64,000 nucleotides of DNA from Alphaproteobacteria bacterium (GTDB taxonomy: Bacteria; Pseudomonadota; Alphaproteobacteria; CALKHQ01), in NCBI GenBank assembly GCA_965227515.1, contig CBDDFZ010000001.1, forward strand, positions 3,456,001 to 3,520,000. Direction: 5' to 3'. The position numbers and the translations under genes were made by a program. The notes beneath the pieces were generated by a model that had not been told where the DNA came from, did no database searches, and saw only the letters and a program-made list of their open reading frames with translations. This document shows positions 29,447 through 40,616 of the stretch, one piece after another. Within the stretch, counting starts at the first letter, position 1, and the number at the start of each line of letters is the position of its first letter.

Positions 29447-30280
29447 ATGTCGTCAAAACAACTCGCTATCGGCGCCACAGCCATCGCATTGATCCTGCTG
29501 GCCGTGGGATGCACGCGCGCACCCAGCCTGGACACGCTGCGCGACACGCCACGCGTCGGCCTGCGCCACAACGTGGCCTTGATGAACGAGTACGAGGGCT
29601 TAGGCACCCAGCGGGCGGAACAGTCCGACTGGGTGGACGCCGAATATTTCGGCCAGAAGGGTCTGGCGGCGGCTGCCGGACAGGACGTGCTGCCCGACGA
29701 GGTGGGCTCGCGCGAAGTCGCGTCCGGTTCCGTGGCCGAACTGGAGTCTGCGCGCGCAACCCTGGTCGCCGTCCTGTTCAGCGGCGGGCGCGAGTTCCAG
29801 CCGGAACGCACCGCACAATGCCAGGTGCTCTACGATTGCTGGTTGGAGCAGGTCGAGGAAATGGGCGATACGGGCCAGGCGATGGCCTGCCAGCGCGAGC
29901 ACTATGACTGCATGGCCGCAGTACGGCTGCGCGCGGCCGATGCGCCCGAGGTCGAGCGGTTCATCGTCTACTTCAGCATCAACAGCACGGCATTGGACAC
30001 AATCGCGCGCACCGTGGTCGCCGACGCGGTCGAGACCGCAACCGCCAACGGCCAACTGGCGATCTCGATCACCGGCCACACCGACACGGTCGGCTCGCCG
30101 GCACAAAACCTCATCCTGTCGATGCACCGGGCCGAGCGTGTGCGCGACGCCCTGGTGGCCGGCGGCATCGACCCGAGCCGGATCAGCATCAATGCTGTTG
30201 GCGAGGACGATCTGGCGACGCAAACCGGTGACAACGTGCCGGAACGCAACAACCGCCGCGTCGTGGTCGTCGTTTCCTAG
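29447..30280 (+). CDS. OmpA family lipoprotein
   Basis: Lipobox AVG-C; GHTDTVG, N..LS..RA, NRRV peptidoglycan-binding motifs. Confidence 0.88.
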   Translation: MSSKQLAIGATAIALILLAVGCTRAPSLDTLRDTPRVGLRHNVALMNEYEGLGTQRAEQSDWVDAEYFGQKGLAAAAGQDVLPDEVGSREVASGSVAELESARATLVAVLFSGGREFQPERTAQCQVLYDCWLEQVEEMGDTGQAMACQREHYDCMAAVRLRAADAPEVERFIVYFSINSTALDTIARTVVADAVETATANGQLAISITGHTDTVGSPAQNLILSMHRAERVRDALVAGGIDPSRISINAVGEDDLATQTGDNVPERNNRRVVVVVS

Positions 30281-30379
30281 CAGCCGGAGCACTGCGGGCG
30301 CTGGCCCGCCCCAGCGATTGGGCCTATTCTGGCGCGTCATGTCGCCTCGCTCCCGCCCATCGCCATGGTTGCCGCCGCA

Positions 30380-31261
30380 ATGTCCGATCCGGTCCGCAAG
30401 GTCGCCGAACTGACCTGCTGGTCCGGGCCGGTCGATCCTGAGCCGCTGGTAGGCGGCATCACCAACACCAACTTCGTGGTCAGCGACGGCGGCCGCCGCT
30501 ATGTGGTGCGCATCGGCGCTGACATCCCCGTCCACCAGATCATTCGGTTCAACGAGCTGGCCGCCAGCCGCGCCGCCTATGCCGCCGGCGTCTCGCCCGC
30601 GGTGGTGCATGCCGCGCCAGGCGCCCTGGTCCTCGACTACATCGATGGGCAGGTCCTCACGCCCGCCGACATCGTCGAGCGGCCGATGCTGCGCCGGGTG
30701 CTGGACCTGGTGCTGCGCTGCCACCGGGAGATACCGGCGCACTTGCGCGGCCCGGTGCTGGCGTTCTGGGTTTTCCATGTGGTGCGCGACTACGCCGCCA
30801 CCCTGCGCGATCTCGGCTCCCAACACAGCGCTGCCCTGCCCCGCCTGATGAAGATTGCCGACCATCTGGAGCGGATGGTGGGACCCATCGAGCTGGTGTT
30901 CGGGCACAACGACCTGCTCGCCGCCAACATCATCGACGATGGCGAACGGCTGTGGCTGATCGACTGGGATTACGCGGGCTTCAACAGCCCGTTGTTCGAC
31001 CTGGGCGGCCTGGCGGCCAACAACGAGATGGACGAGGCAACCGAGCGCTGGATGCTGGAGGCCTATTTCAACCGCGCGGCCGACGATGAGTTGCTGCTGC
31101 GCTACCAGGCGATGAAGTGCGCGGCCCTGCTGCGCGAGACGATGTGGAGCATGGTGTCGGAACTGACGTCCAAGCTCGACTTCGACTATCCGGCCTACAC
31201 GGCCGAGAACCTGGCGCGGTTCGAGGCGGCACATGCGCGCTTCCGGGATATGGCCCAGTGA
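30380..31261 (+). CDS. Choline/ethanolamine kinase family phosphotransferase
   Basis: GGITN, HNDLLAAN, LIDWDYAG. Confidence 0.85.
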   Translation: MSDPVRKVAELTCWSGPVDPEPLVGGITNTNFVVSDGGRRYVVRIGADIPVHQIIRFNELAASRAAYAAGVSPAVVHAAPGALVLDYIDGQVLTPADIVERPMLRRVLDLVLRCHREIPAHLRGPVLAFWVFHVVRDYAATLRDLGSQHSAALPRLMKIADHLERMVGPIELVFGHNDLLAANIIDDGERLWLIDWDYAGFNSPLFDLGGLAANNEMDEATERWMLEAYFNRAADDELLLRYQAMKCAALLRETMWSMVSELTSKLDFDYPAYTAENLARFEAAHARFRDMAQ

Positions 31262-33720
31262 GCGAGCCGAGCGAACTCCCCGCGTCGGCCCGCGTGGTGA
31301 TCATTGGTGGCGGCATCATCGGCAGCTCTGTCGCCTATCACCTGGCCAAGCGCGGCGTCGACGAGGTGGTGCTGCTGGAACGCCACAAGCTGACGTCGGG
31401 GTCCACCTTCCATGCCGCCGGCCTGGTCGGCCAGCTCCGCACCAGTGCCAACATCACCCAGATGCTGGGCTACTCGGTGGCGCTCTACGACCGGCTGGAG
31501 GAAGAGACCGGGCTCGCCACCGGCTGGAAGCGCAATGGCGGCCTCCGGCTGGCCTGCAACCCGGAGCGTTGGACCGAGGTGAAGCGGCAGGCGACGACCG
31601 CGCGCTCGTTCGGCCTGGAGATGCACCTGATGGGGCCGGCGGAGGCGCGCGACCTGTGGCCGTTGATGAGCGTCAGCGACGTGGTTGGGGCCGCGTTCCT
31701 GCCCACCGACGGACAGGCCAACCCCAGCGACATCACCCAGGCACTGGCCCGCGGCGCGCGGCAGGGCGGGGTGCGGATCGTCGAGGACATCGCTGTCGAC
31801 GCCATCGAGCGCGGCGACGACGGCAAGGTTTGCGCCGTCGTGACCGGCCAGGGGCGCATCGCCTGCGACAAGGTTGTGTGCTGCGCCGGCCAATGGTCGC
31901 GCGCGCTGGGGCGGCGCGCCGGCGTCAACATCCCGCTCGTCTCCGTGCAGCACCAGTACCTGATCACCGAGCCCATCGCCGGCATCGAACCGAGCCTGCC
32001 GACGCTGCGCGACCCTGATCGGCTGACCTATTTCAAGGAGGAGGTCGGCGGCCTGGTGATGGGCGGCTACGAGCCGAACCCGAAGCCCTGGGCGGTCGAC
32101 GGCCTGCCAGACGGCTTCAACTTCTCGCTGCTCGACGCCGACATCGACCATTTCGAGCCGCTGATGGAACAGGCGATGGCGCGCGTGCCCGCGCTGGCGA
32201 ACGCGGGCGTCAAGCAGCTTCTCAACGGGCCGGAGAGCTTCACGCCCGATGGCAACTTCATCCTTGGCGAGGCGCCCGAGCTGCCCGGCTTCTTTGTGGG
32301 CGCCGGCTTCAATGCGTTCGGCATCGCATCGGCCGGCGGGGCCGGCATGGTGCTGGCCGAATGGGTGGCCGACGGCGCGCCGCCCTACGACGTGTGGCCG
32401 GTCGATATCCGCCGCTTCGGCCAGCCGCACGCCGATACCGTCTGGGTGCGCCGCCGCACGCTGGAGGCCTATGCCAAACACTACACCATGGCCTGGCCGC
32501 ACGAGGAGCACAGCAGCGGCCGGCCGTTGCGCCGCTCGCCGCTCTATCCGCTGCTGGCGTCGGCGGACGCCTGCTTCGGCGAGAAGATCGGCTGGGAGCG
32601 GCCGAACTGGTTCGCCGACCGCGGCGCCGGTGAGCTGCCCCACGACACCCACACCTATGGACGTCCGAACTGGTTCGGCGCGGTCGCGCGCGAGCACGCT
32701 GCCACCCGCGAGGCAGTGACGCTGTTCGACCAGACCTCGTTCGCCAAGTTCCGCATGGGCGGCCGCGATTCAGAGGCGGCGCTGGCCTGGATCTGCGCCA
32801 ACAATACCGCGCGGCCGCCGGGCAAGGTCGTCTACACCCAGCTTCTCAACGACCATGGCGGCATCGAGGCCGACCTGACCGTCACCCGGCTGGCGGCGGA
32901 CGACTACTACATCGTCACCGGCACCGGCTTCGCGACCCGCGACTTCGACTGGATCCAGCGCAACGTCCCGGCGGGCCTCGATGCGCACCTGATCGACGTC
33001 ACCGCGTCGCGGGCCGTGCTGGCGCTGATGGGGCCGAAGGCGCGCGACGTGCTCGCCGCGGTCACCGATGCCGATGTTTCCAACGAAGGATTTCCGTTCG
33101 CTACAGCGCAGACCGTCACAATTGCGGGCGCGCCGGTGCTGGCGGTCCGCATCACCTATGTCGGCGAACTGGGCTGGGAGCTGCACGTCCCGACGGACAT
33201 GGCGATCCCGGTCTACGAGGCGCTGATGGCCGCCGGCGAGACCCATGGCATCCGCAACGCCGGCTACCGCGCCATCGAGAGCCTGCGGCTGGAGAAGGGG
33301 TATCGCGCCTGGGGCGCGGACATCGGCCCCGACCACACGCCGGTCGAGGCCGGCCTCGACTGGGCGGTGCGCCGTGACCCGGCGACGCCCTATCGCGGCC
33401 AGGATGCCATCGAACGGCAGAGGCGCGACTGCGTCGCCAAGCGATTGGTCGGCTTCACAGTGGATGACCCCAATGTGGTGCTGCTGGGCCGCGAGACCAT
33501 CTACCGCGACGGCGCGCGGGTCGGCTGGCTGACCAGCGGCGGCTTCGGCCACAGCATCGGCAGGCCCATCGGCTATGGCTATGTCCGTAACGCCGACGGC
33601 GTCGACACGGCTTGGCTGGACTCCGGCGCCTACGAGCTCGACGTCGCGACCGTGCGCGTGCCCTGCCAGTTGCACCTGCGTCCGCTGTTCGACCCTGCGA
33701 ACACCCGCATTCGGGGTTAG
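31258..33720 (+). CDS. GcvT-domain FAD oxidoreductase (sarcosine/dimethylglycine dehydrogenase family)
   Basis: IIGGGIIG, STFHAAG, GPESFTPD, GWERPNWF, YVGELGWE, LRLEKGY; GTG start overlapping the kinase stop. Confidence 0.88.
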   Translation: MSEPSELPASARVVIIGGGIIGSSVAYHLAKRGVDEVVLLERHKLTSGSTFHAAGLVGQLRTSANITQMLGYSVALYDRLEEETGLATGWKRNGGLRLACNPERWTEVKRQATTARSFGLEMHLMGPAEARDLWPLMSVSDVVGAAFLPTDGQANPSDITQALARGARQGGVRIVEDIAVDAIERGDDGKVCAVVTGQGRIACDKVVCCAGQWSRALGRRAGVNIPLVSVQHQYLITEPIAGIEPSLPTLRDPDRLTYFKEEVGGLVMGGYEPNPKPWAVDGLPDGFNFSLLDADIDHFEPLMEQAMARVPALANAGVKQLLNGPESFTPDGNFILGEAPELPGFFVGAGFNAFGIASAGGAGMVLAEWVADGAPPYDVWPVDIRRFGQPHADTVWVRRRTLEAYAKHYTMAWPHEEHSSGRPLRRSPLYPLLASADACFGEKIGWERPNWFADRGAGELPHDTHTYGRPNWFGAVAREHAATREAVTLFDQTSFAKFRMGGRDSEAALAWICANNTARPPGKVVYTQLLNDHGGIEADLTVTRLAADDYYIVTGTGFATRDFDWIQRNVPAGLDAHLIDVTASRAVLALMGPKARDVLAAVTDADVSNEGFPFATAQTVTIAGAPVLAVRITYVGELGWELHVPTDMAIPVYEALMAAGETHGIRNAGYRAIESLRLEKGYRAWGADIGPDHTPVEAGLDWAVRRDPATPYRGQDAIERQRRDCVAKRLVGFTVDDPNVVLLGRETIYRDGARVGWLTSGGFGHSIGRPIGYGYVRNADGVDTAWLDSGAYELDVATVRVPCQLHLRPLFDPANTRIRG

Positions 33721-33736
33721 GCTTTCAGTCTCAAGA

Positions 33737-33874
33737 CCCTCACCCTCCCGTCCGGCCGAGCCGGCCGGGTCCCTCCCTCTCCCACATCGCGGGAGAGGGT
33801 GAAGAAGCGCGGCCGAATCCCCTCTCCCATTTTGGGAGAGGGAGGGGCCCAGCCGCAGGCTGGGAGGGTGAGGG
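33737..33874. repeat. Intergenic palindromic element (CCCTCTCCC/GGGAGAGGG type)
   Basis: 13-bp terminal inverted repeat CCCTCACCCTCCC/GGGAGGGTGAGGG with nested hairpins, between convergent genes. Confidence 0.8.
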
Positions 33875-33905
33875 CCTAATTGGCTTGGCCCAGCGCACGC
33901 GGCTG

Positions 33906-35579
33906 CTACCGGTCGCTGGTCTGCCAGCGCGGGTTCATCCACGGTTCGGCGTTGGAGGCCGGCAGCGGCTCGCGCCCAAGGATGTGATCGCTGGCCTTCT
34001 CGCCGACCATGATCGACGGCGCGTTCAGATTGCCATTGGTGATGCGCGGGAAAATGGAGCTGTCGGCCACCCGCAGCCCATCGACACCGATCACCCGGCA
34101 TTCCGGGTCGACCACCGCCATCGGATCGTCGGCCGCCCCCATCCGCGCCGTCCCGCACGGGTGGTACGCGCTCTCGGCGTGATCGCGGACAAAGCCGTCG
34201 ATCTCCGCGTCGCTGGCGCACCCCTCACCCGGCTGGATCTCCTTGCCGCGATAGGCGTCGAACGCCGCCTGGCCGAAGATCTCGCGGGTCAGCCGGATGC
34301 AGCGGCGGAAATCGGCCCAGTCTTCCGGTTCGCTCATGTAGTTGAAGACGATGCGCGGCGGGTCGTCCGGGTTGGCCGACCGCAGCGTCACCGCCCCGCG
34401 CGACGCCGACCGCATCGGCCCGACATGGGCCTGGAAGCCATGGCCCTCCGCCGCCGCCTGGCCGTCGTAGCGCACCGCGATCGGCAGGAAGTGATACTGG
34501 ATGTCGGGATAGCGCACCCCGGCGCGCGACCGCACGAAGGCCGCACTCTCGAACTGGTTGGAGGCGCCAAGCCCAGTCCCGAGGAACAGCCATTGCGCGC
34601 CGATCCACGTCTTGCCCCACAGGTTCCAGTACTTGTAGAGCGTGATCGGCTTGGTGCTGGCCTGCTGGACGTAGACCTCCAGGTGGTCCTGCAGATTCTG
34701 GCCGACGCCGGGCCGGTCGGCCACGACCGCGATGCCGTGGTCGGCCAAGTGCGCCGCCGGGCCGATGCCCGACAGCATCAATATCTTCGGCGTGTTGATC
34801 GAGGACGCGGCCAGGATCACCTCGCGCCGCGCGCGGACGGTCTCGACCCGGCCACGGCGTTCGATCTCGACGCCCGTGGCGCGGCCGTTCTCGACGATCA
34901 CCCGGCGGGCAAAGCAGCGCAGCAGGCGGCAGTTGGGGCGTTTCAGCGCCGGCCTCAGATAGGCGTTCGCGGCCGACCATCGCCGGCCCTTCCACACCGT
35001 CTGCTCCATCGGCCCGAAGCCTTCCTGCTTCTCGCCATTGTAATCGCCGGTGACCTCGAACCCCGCCTGCCGCCCCGCCTCGACAAAGGCGTGGAACAGC
35101 GGATTGGCGCGCGGTCCACGCGTCACGTGGAGCGGGCCGTCGCTGCCGCGCCATGACGGGTCGCCGCCATGGCCGCCGTCGTGCCAATGCTCCATCCGCT
35201 TGAAGTACGGCAGCACGTCCTTGTAGGCCCAGCCGGCAGCCCCCGACTCCGCCCAATGATCGAAGTCGCAGGCGTGGCCCCGCACATAGACCATGCCGTT
35301 GATGGACGACGACCCGCCGATCACCTTGCCGCGCGGTGTCGCCAGTTGCCGACCGCCGAGATGCGGCTCCGGCTCCGACCGGTAGCCCCAATCGTAGCGC
35401 GCCATGTTCATGGGATAGGACAACGCCGCCGGCATCTGGATCAGCGGCCCGGCATCGGTGCCGCCATATTCCAGCACCAGCACGTCATTGCGGCCGTCCT
35501 CGGACAGGCGATAAGCCATCGCGGCACCCGCCGACCCGGAGCCGACGATAACGAAGTCCGCTTCCCGGCCGTCCGCCAT
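33906..35579 (-). CDS. betA: Choline dehydrogenase
   Basis: [45 protein letters not shown]; TGATG coupling to betB. Confidence 0.95.
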   Translation of the reverse strand: MADGREADFVIVGSGSAGAAMAYRLSEDGRNDVLVLEYGGTDAGPLIQMPAALSYPMNMARYDWGYRSEPEPHLGGRQLATPRGKVIGGSSSINGMVYVRGHACDFDHWAESGAAGWAYKDVLPYFKRMEHWHDGGHGGDPSWRGSDGPLHVTRGPRANPLFHAFVEAGRQAGFEVTGDYNGEKQEGFGPMEQTVWKGRRWSAANAYLRPALKRPNCRLLRCFARRVIVENGRATGVEIERRGRVETVRARREVILAASSINTPKILMLSGIGPAAHLADHGIAVVADRPGVGQNLQDHLEVYVQQASTKPITLYKYWNLWGKTWIGAQWLFLGTGLGASNQFESAAFVRSRAGVRYPDIQYHFLPIAVRYDGQAAAEGHGFQAHVGPMRSASRGAVTLRSANPDDPPRIVFNYMSEPEDWADFRRCIRLTREIFGQAAFDAYRGKEIQPGEGCASDAEIDGFVRDHAESAYHPCGTARMGAADDPMAVVDPECRVIGVDGLRVADSSIFPRITNGNLNAPSIMVGEKASDHILGREPLPASNAEPWMNPRWQTSDR

Positions 35580-37045
35580 CAATACGGGCTCTCGACCCCG
35601 CCTGCCGCAACATAGACCGATTTGAGCTGGCTGTAGTGCGCTATGGCCGCGGCGGCGTTCTCGCGGCCGACGCCCGACATCTTGGCCCCGCCGAACGGCA
35701 CCTCGACCGGCGCCAGATTGTAGGTGTTGAGCCAGCACGACCCGGCCTGAAGCCGGCCGATCACCCGGTGGCCGCGTTGTAAATCGCGGGTGAACACGCC
35801 GGCCGACAGCCCGAAGGCGGTGTCGTTGGCGCGGGCCACCACCTCATCCTCGTCGTCGAACGCGAGCACCGAGGCAACGGGCCCGAAGATCTCCTCGCGC
35901 GCGATGCGCATGTCGTCGCGCACGCCGGTGAAGATGGTCGGCTCGATGTAATAGCCGCCCTCCAGGCCCTGCAAGGTGACCGGGTTGCCGCCATAGGCCA
36001 GGTGCGCGCCCTCCTCCCGGCCGATGCGGATGTAGTCGAACACAATATCGCGCTGGCGGGCCGAGACCATGGGGCCGAAGTTCACTTCCTCGTCCATCGG
36101 GTCGCCGATGCGGGCCTGCGCCGTGCGCGCGACCAGCCGCTCCACGAACCGGTCGTGCAGGCCGCGCTGCACGAACACGCGGGTGCCGTTGGAGCAGACC
36201 TGGCCGGTCGAATAGAAATTGCCCAGGATCGCGCCGCCGACGGCGGCCTCGACGTCGGCGTCGTCGAACACGATCAGCGGTGACTTGCCGCCGAGTTCCA
36301 TGGTGACGTGCTTCATCTCGCCGGCCGCCGCCGCGGCAACCTTGCGGCCGGTCGGCACCGAGCCGGTCAACGAGACCTTGGCGACGTCCGAGTGGGTGAC
36401 CAGCGCGCCGCCCGCCTCGCCGTCGCCTTGCACCACGTTGTAGAGGCCCGGCGGTGCGCCCGCCTCAGCCATGATCTCGGCCACCTTCAGCGCGCACAGC
36501 GGCGTGGTCTCCGACGGTTTGAACACCATGGCGTTGCCGCAGGCGAGCGCCGGCGCACCCTTCCAGCATGCGATCTGGGTCGGATAGTTCCAGGCGCCGA
36601 TGCCGACGCACACGCCCAGCGGCTCGCGCACGGTATAGGCGAAGTCGCCGCCGCCGAGCGGGATGTGCTGCCCTGTCAGGGTCGCCGCCATGCCGCCGAA
36701 GTATTCCAGCGCATCGGCGCCGGAGGTCGCGTCCGCCACCAACGTCTCCTGCAAGGGCTTGCCGGTGTCCAGCGTCTCCAGTTCGGAGAGGTCACGGTTG
36801 CGCGCGCGCATGATGTCGGCGGCGCGGCGCAGCACCCGTCCGCGTTCCACCGGCGCCCAGGTCGCCCACTCGGCTTGCGCCCGTGCCGCGGCGGCAACTG
36901 CCTGGTCCACGATGGCCGGCGTGGCGCAGTGCACCCGCGCGATCACCTCGCCAGTCGCCGGGTAGTGGCAGTCGATGGCCTTCCCGCCGTCGTCCTCCAC
37001 ATATGCACCATCGATGAAGTGCGAGGCTGTCGGCTGCGCGCGCAT
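35579..37045 (-). CDS. betB: Betaine aldehyde dehydrogenase
   Basis: [33 protein letters not shown]; bet context. Confidence 0.93.
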   Translation of the reverse strand: MRAQPTASHFIDGAYVEDDGGKAIDCHYPATGEVIARVHCATPAIVDQAVAAAARAQAEWATWAPVERGRVLRRAADIMRARNRDLSELETLDTGKPLQETLVADATSGADALEYFGGMAATLTGQHIPLGGGDFAYTVREPLGVCVGIGAWNYPTQIACWKGAPALACGNAMVFKPSETTPLCALKVAEIMAEAGAPPGLYNVVQGDGEAGGALVTHSDVAKVSLTGSVPTGRKVAAAAAGEMKHVTMELGGKSPLIVFDDADVEAAVGGAILGNFYSTGQVCSNGTRVFVQRGLHDRFVERLVARTAQARIGDPMDEEVNFGPMVSARQRDIVFDYIRIGREEGAHLAYGGNPVTLQGLEGGYYIEPTIFTGVRDDMRIAREEIFGPVASVLAFDDEDEVVARANDTAFGLSAGVFTRDLQRGHRVIGRLQAGSCWLNTYNLAPVEVPFGGAKMSGVGRENAAAAIAHYSQLKSVYVAAGGVESPY

Positions 37046-37629
37046 CAGGCCACACCACCGGCCAGCACCTGCTCGAAATGCCGGCTCACCATCTCGACCG
37101 CCGCCTGCGGGTTCGGCTTCTGCCGGTTCAGCGCCTGACGGATGTAGACCCCGTCGATCAGCGCGCCGACACCGGCGGCGACCTCCCCCGCCCGCGCGCC
37201 GGCCAAGGGGCGGATCGCGGCGGTGAGATTGGAGTCGAGGCGGCGCTGGTAGATGCGCAACAGCCGCATCGCCTCGCCGGAGGTCTGCGACAGCACATAG
37301 AAGTTCAGCCAGGCCGCCACCGATTCCTTGTTGAAGTTCTTGTCCTCGAAGCAGCCGCGGATGATCGCGACCACACGGTCCCTGGGTGTCGACGCCGCGC
37401 GCAAACGCGCCCGGACGTCATGCCCGAACTCCGTCAGCAGATGGCGCATGGACGCCAGGAAAAGCTGCTCCTTGCCGCCGAAATAGTGATGCGCCAACGC
37501 GCTGGAGACCCCGGCGCGGCGCGCGATGGTCGTGACCGTCACGTCCAGCGAGCCTGCGCGGCCCACTTCGTGGATCGTGGCATCCACCAACGCCGACCGG
37601 CGGATCGGTTCCATTCCGAGCTTAGGCAT
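37045..37629 (-). CDS. betI: Choline-responsive TetR repressor
   Basis: [12 protein letters not shown]-terminus, HHYFGGK, LIDG. Confidence 0.93.
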   Translation of the reverse strand: MPKLGMEPIRRSALVDATIHEVGRAGSLDVTVTTIARRAGVSSALAHHYFGGKEQLFLASMRHLLTEFGHDVRARLRAASTPRDRVVAIIRGCFEDKNFNKESVAAWLNFYVLSQTSGEAMRLLRIYQRRLDSNLTAAIRPLAGARAGEVAAGVGALIDGVYIRQALNRQKPNPQAAVEMVSRHFEQVLAGGVA

Positions 37630-37654
37630 GGACCTGGCGTGTTCCCATTTTTAG

Positions 37655-37670
37655 TTGACTGACCAGTCAA
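37655..37670. promoter_or_regulatory. Probable BetI operator
   Basis: Palindrome TTGACTG-AC-CAGTCAA in the divergent betI/choX intergenic region. Confidence 0.75.
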
Positions 37671-37740
37671 TCAAAAATATTCTCCACCCAATCTCGATTG
37701 TCAACAAGACCAATTCGACACAACCGCACAGGGGGAGAAA

Positions 37741-38661
37741 ATGAAGCATCTCTTGTCAGGAGTTGCGATGGTCGGCCTGTTTGCCGGCCAGGCCTATGCC
37801 GACTGTGAGACCGTCAGTTTCTCCGACGTTGGCTGGACAGATATCACCGCGACCACGGCGGTGACCACAACTGTACTTGAAGCGCTGGGCTACGAGACCG
37901 AGGTCAAGGTGCTGTCGGTGCCGGTGACCTATACCGCACTTGCCGAGGGCGATATCGACATCTTCCTGGGCAACTGGATGCCGACGATGGAAGGCGACAT
38001 CGCCCCCTACCGCGAGGCGGGCACCGTCGACATCGTCGGCGTCAACCTTGAGGGCGCGAAGTACACCCTGGCGGCCAACCGTGCGGCCGCCGATCTCGGC
38101 ATCGCCGACTTCGCCGACATCGCCGCCCACGCCGATGCCCTGGAAAGCGAGATCTACGGTATCGAGCCGGGCAATGACGGCAATCGCCTGATCATCGAGA
38201 TGATCGAGGCCGACGCGTTCGGGCTGTCCGGCTTCGAGGTGGTGGAAAGTTCCGAGCAGGGCATGCTGGCCCAGGTGGCCCGCGCCGACGGCAATGGCGA
38301 CCCGGTCATCTTCCTGGGCTGGGAACCGCACCCGATGAACGCCAATTTCGACATGGTCTATTTGACTGGCGGCGACGACTGGTTCGGCCCCGACTTTGGC
38401 GGCGCTACGGTCTACACCAACACCCGCGCCGGTTATGTCGATGAGTGCCCGAACGTCGGCGCGCTGCTCAACAACCTGACGTTCTCGCTGGCGCTGGAGA
38501 ACGAGATCATGGGCGCGATCCTGAACGATGGCGAGGATCCCAACGATGCCGCCGCGGCCTGGCTTGCGGCGCACATGGACGTCGTGGAGCCATGGCTGGA
38601 CGGCGTCACTACCCTGGACGGCGGCGATGCCATGGAAGCCGTCACCGCCGCCCTGAACTAG
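37741..38661 (+). CDS. choX: Choline ABC transporter substrate-binding protein
   Basis: FSDVGWTDI, FLGNWMP, GIEPGNDGN, GWEPHPMN. Confidence 0.9.
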   Translation: MKHLLSGVAMVGLFAGQAYADCETVSFSDVGWTDITATTAVTTTVLEALGYETEVKVLSVPVTYTALAEGDIDIFLGNWMPTMEGDIAPYREAGTVDIVGVNLEGAKYTLAANRAAADLGIADFADIAAHADALESEIYGIEPGNDGNRLIIEMIEADAFGLSGFEVVESSEQGMLAQVARADGNGDPVIFLGWEPHPMNANFDMVYLTGGDDWFGPDFGGATVYTNTRAGYVDECPNVGALLNNLTFSLALENEIMGAILNDGEDPNDAAAAWLAAHMDVVEPWLDGVTTLDGGDAMEAVTAALN

Positions 38662-38675
38662 CGGCAATCGAATAC

Positions 38676-38702
38676 AAGGGCGCCATCCGGCGCCCTTTTT
38701 TT
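38676..38702 (+). terminator. Intrinsic terminator/attenuating hairpin after choX
   Basis: AAGGGCGCC-ATCC-GGCGCCC-TTTTTTT. Confidence 0.75.
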
Positions 38703-38721
38703 GCTGTCAGGGAGCCGCGCG

Positions 38722-39552
38722 ATGGATTGGCTGACCGACAACAAGATCCCCATCGGCAAATGGGCCAAGTGGCTGGTCGACTGGCTGATCGAGAACGTCG
38801 CCTGGTTCTTCGATGGGCTGGCCGTCGTGTTCGAGCTCATCATCGACGGCATCTTGTGGGTGCTGCAGACACCGCCGGCATTCGTGGTGGTTGCCGCCTT
38901 CGTGGTCGGCACCTATGCGTTGCAACGCTCGTGGGTGATTGCCGGCGGCGTCCTGATCGGCTTCCTGTTCGTCATCAACCAGGGCTATTGGGAGGAAACC
39001 ACGGAGACTCTGACCCTGGTGGTTACCTCCTGCCTGCTTTGCATGGGGCTTGGCGTGCCGATCGGCATTTTCGCGGCCCACAACCCGAAGGTCTATCGGG
39101 CGATGCGCCCGGTGCTGGACCTGATGCAGACCCTGCCCACCTTCGTCTATCTGATCCCGGCCATCGTCTTTTTCGGCATCGGCATGGTGCCTGGCCTCAT
39201 CGCCACCGCCATCTTCGTGATCCCGGCGCCGATCCGGCTCACTCATCTCGGCATCTCGTCCACGCCCACGGCGTTGATCGAGGCCGGAAAGGCGTTCGGC
39301 TGCACGCGGCGGCAACTGCTGTTCAAGGTCGAGCTGCCGTATGCGCTGCCGCAGATCATGGCCGGGCTGACCCAGACCATCATGCTGTCGCTGTCGATGG
39401 TGGTGATCGCGGCCCTGGTCGGTGCCGACGGGCTCGGCGTGCCGGTGGTCCGCGCGCTCAACAGCGTCAACACCGCGCTGGGCTTCGAGGCGGGGCTGGT
39501 GATCGTGGTGCTGGCGATCATGCTCGACCGCATCTTCCGCCGGGAGCGGTAG
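38722..39552 (+). CDS. choW: Choline ABC transporter permease
   Basis: MDWLTDNKIP, LDLMQTLPTFVYLIP, LSMVVIAALVGA. Confidence 0.9.
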   Translation: MDWLTDNKIPIGKWAKWLVDWLIENVAWFFDGLAVVFELIIDGILWVLQTPPAFVVVAAFVVGTYALQRSWVIAGGVLIGFLFVINQGYWEETTETLTLVVTSCLLCMGLGVPIGIFAAHNPKVYRAMRPVLDLMQTLPTFVYLIPAIVFFGIGMVPGLIATAIFVIPAPIRLTHLGISSTPTALIEAGKAFGCTRRQLLFKVELPYALPQIMAGLTQTIMLSLSMVVIAALVGADGLGVPVVRALNSVNTALGFEAGLVIVVLAIMLDRIFRRER

Positions 39553-39554
39553 GC

Positions 39555-40616
39555 ATGGCCCGCGAGGCGATCGTCTTCGACAAGGTGTCGATCGTCTTCG
39601 GCGACCGGCCGCGCGCGGCCCTGCGGCAGATGGACGACGGGCTGGACCGCGCCGCCATCCAGGAACGAACCGGCCAGATCCTGGGCGTGCACGACTGCTC
39701 GCTGACGGTGGCGGAAGGCGAAATCTCGGTGCTGATGGGCTTGTCAGGGTCCGGCAAGTCGACCCTTCTCCGCGCCGTCAACCGGCTGAATCCGGTCACC
39801 CGCGGCAGCCTGATGGTGCGCGACGGCAATACTCTGGTCGATGTCGCGCAGGCCAGCGAGGCGACGCTCGGCCACATCCGCCAGCACTGCGTCTCGATGG
39901 TGTTCCAGCAGTTCGCGCTGCTGCCCTGGCGCACGGTCATCGACAACGTCGCCCTGGGACTGGAGATCGCCAACGTCCCGCCGCGCGAACGCCGCGAGCG
40001 CGCCCATGCCGAGCTTAAGACCGTCAACCTGGCCGACTGGGCCGACCGCAAGGTCAGCGAGCTCTCCGGCGGCATGCAGCAGCGGGTTGGCCTGGCCCGT
40101 GCCTTCGCCACCGATGCGCCGATCCTGCTGATGGACGAGCCGTTCTCCGCCCTCGACCCGCTGATCCGCAACAAGCTGCAGGACGAGCTGCTGGAGTTGC
40201 AGGAGCGCAAGCAGCGCACGATCCTGTTCGTCAGCCACGACCTGGAGGAAGCGGTCAAGATCGGCAACACCATCACCATCCTGGAGGGCGGCAGGATCGT
40301 GCAGTCGGGCCGCGCCGAGGACATCGTGCTGAAGCCGGCGGACGACTATGTGGCCGAGTTCGTTGCCCACCTGAACTTGCTGCCGGTGCTGCGGGTGCGC
40401 GACGTGATGCGCGAGGGAACCAACGGCACCACTGGCAGCGTCGCGGTCGATGCCGATGCGCCCATCGTCTCGGTGATCGAGACCGTGCTGGCCGCCGAGG
40501 GGCGTTCGGTCGCGGTGATGGGGGATGGCGCGCCCATCGGCCACATCTCGGCCGGCGACATCCTGGGCAAGCTGTCGCGCACCGCCCCACCATCCCCGCC
40601 ACATGAGCCAGACTGA
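39555..40616 (+). CDS. choV: Choline ABC transporter ATPase
   Basis: GLSGSGKS, LSGGMQQRVGLARA, DEPFSALD; start ATG 39555. Confidence 0.9.
   Translation: MAREAIVFDKVSIVFGDRPRAALRQMDDGLDRAAIQERTGQILGVHDCSLTVAEGEISVLMGLSGSGKSTLLRAVNRLNPVTRGSLMVRDGNTLVDVAQASEATLGHIRQHCVSMVFQQFALLPWRTVIDNVALGLEIANVPPRERRERAHAELKTVNLADWADRKVSELSGGMQQRVGLARAFATDAPILLMDEPFSALDPLIRNKLQDELLELQERKQRTILFVSHDLEEAVKIGNTITILEGGRIVQSGRAEDIVLKPADDYVAEFVAHLNLLPVLRVRDVMREGTNGTTGSVAVDADAPIVSVIETVLAAEGRSVAVMGDGAPIGHISAGDILGKLSRTAPPSPPHEPD

Noticed and set aside
19153-30300. Intact integrative element or prophage at tRNA-Ala
   Set aside because: No integrase or phage genes, and I found no distal copy of the tRNA 3' end
38445-39554. 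723-aa extended ChoV
   Set aside because: The extension overlaps choX and choW in another frame; the ATPase starts at 39555
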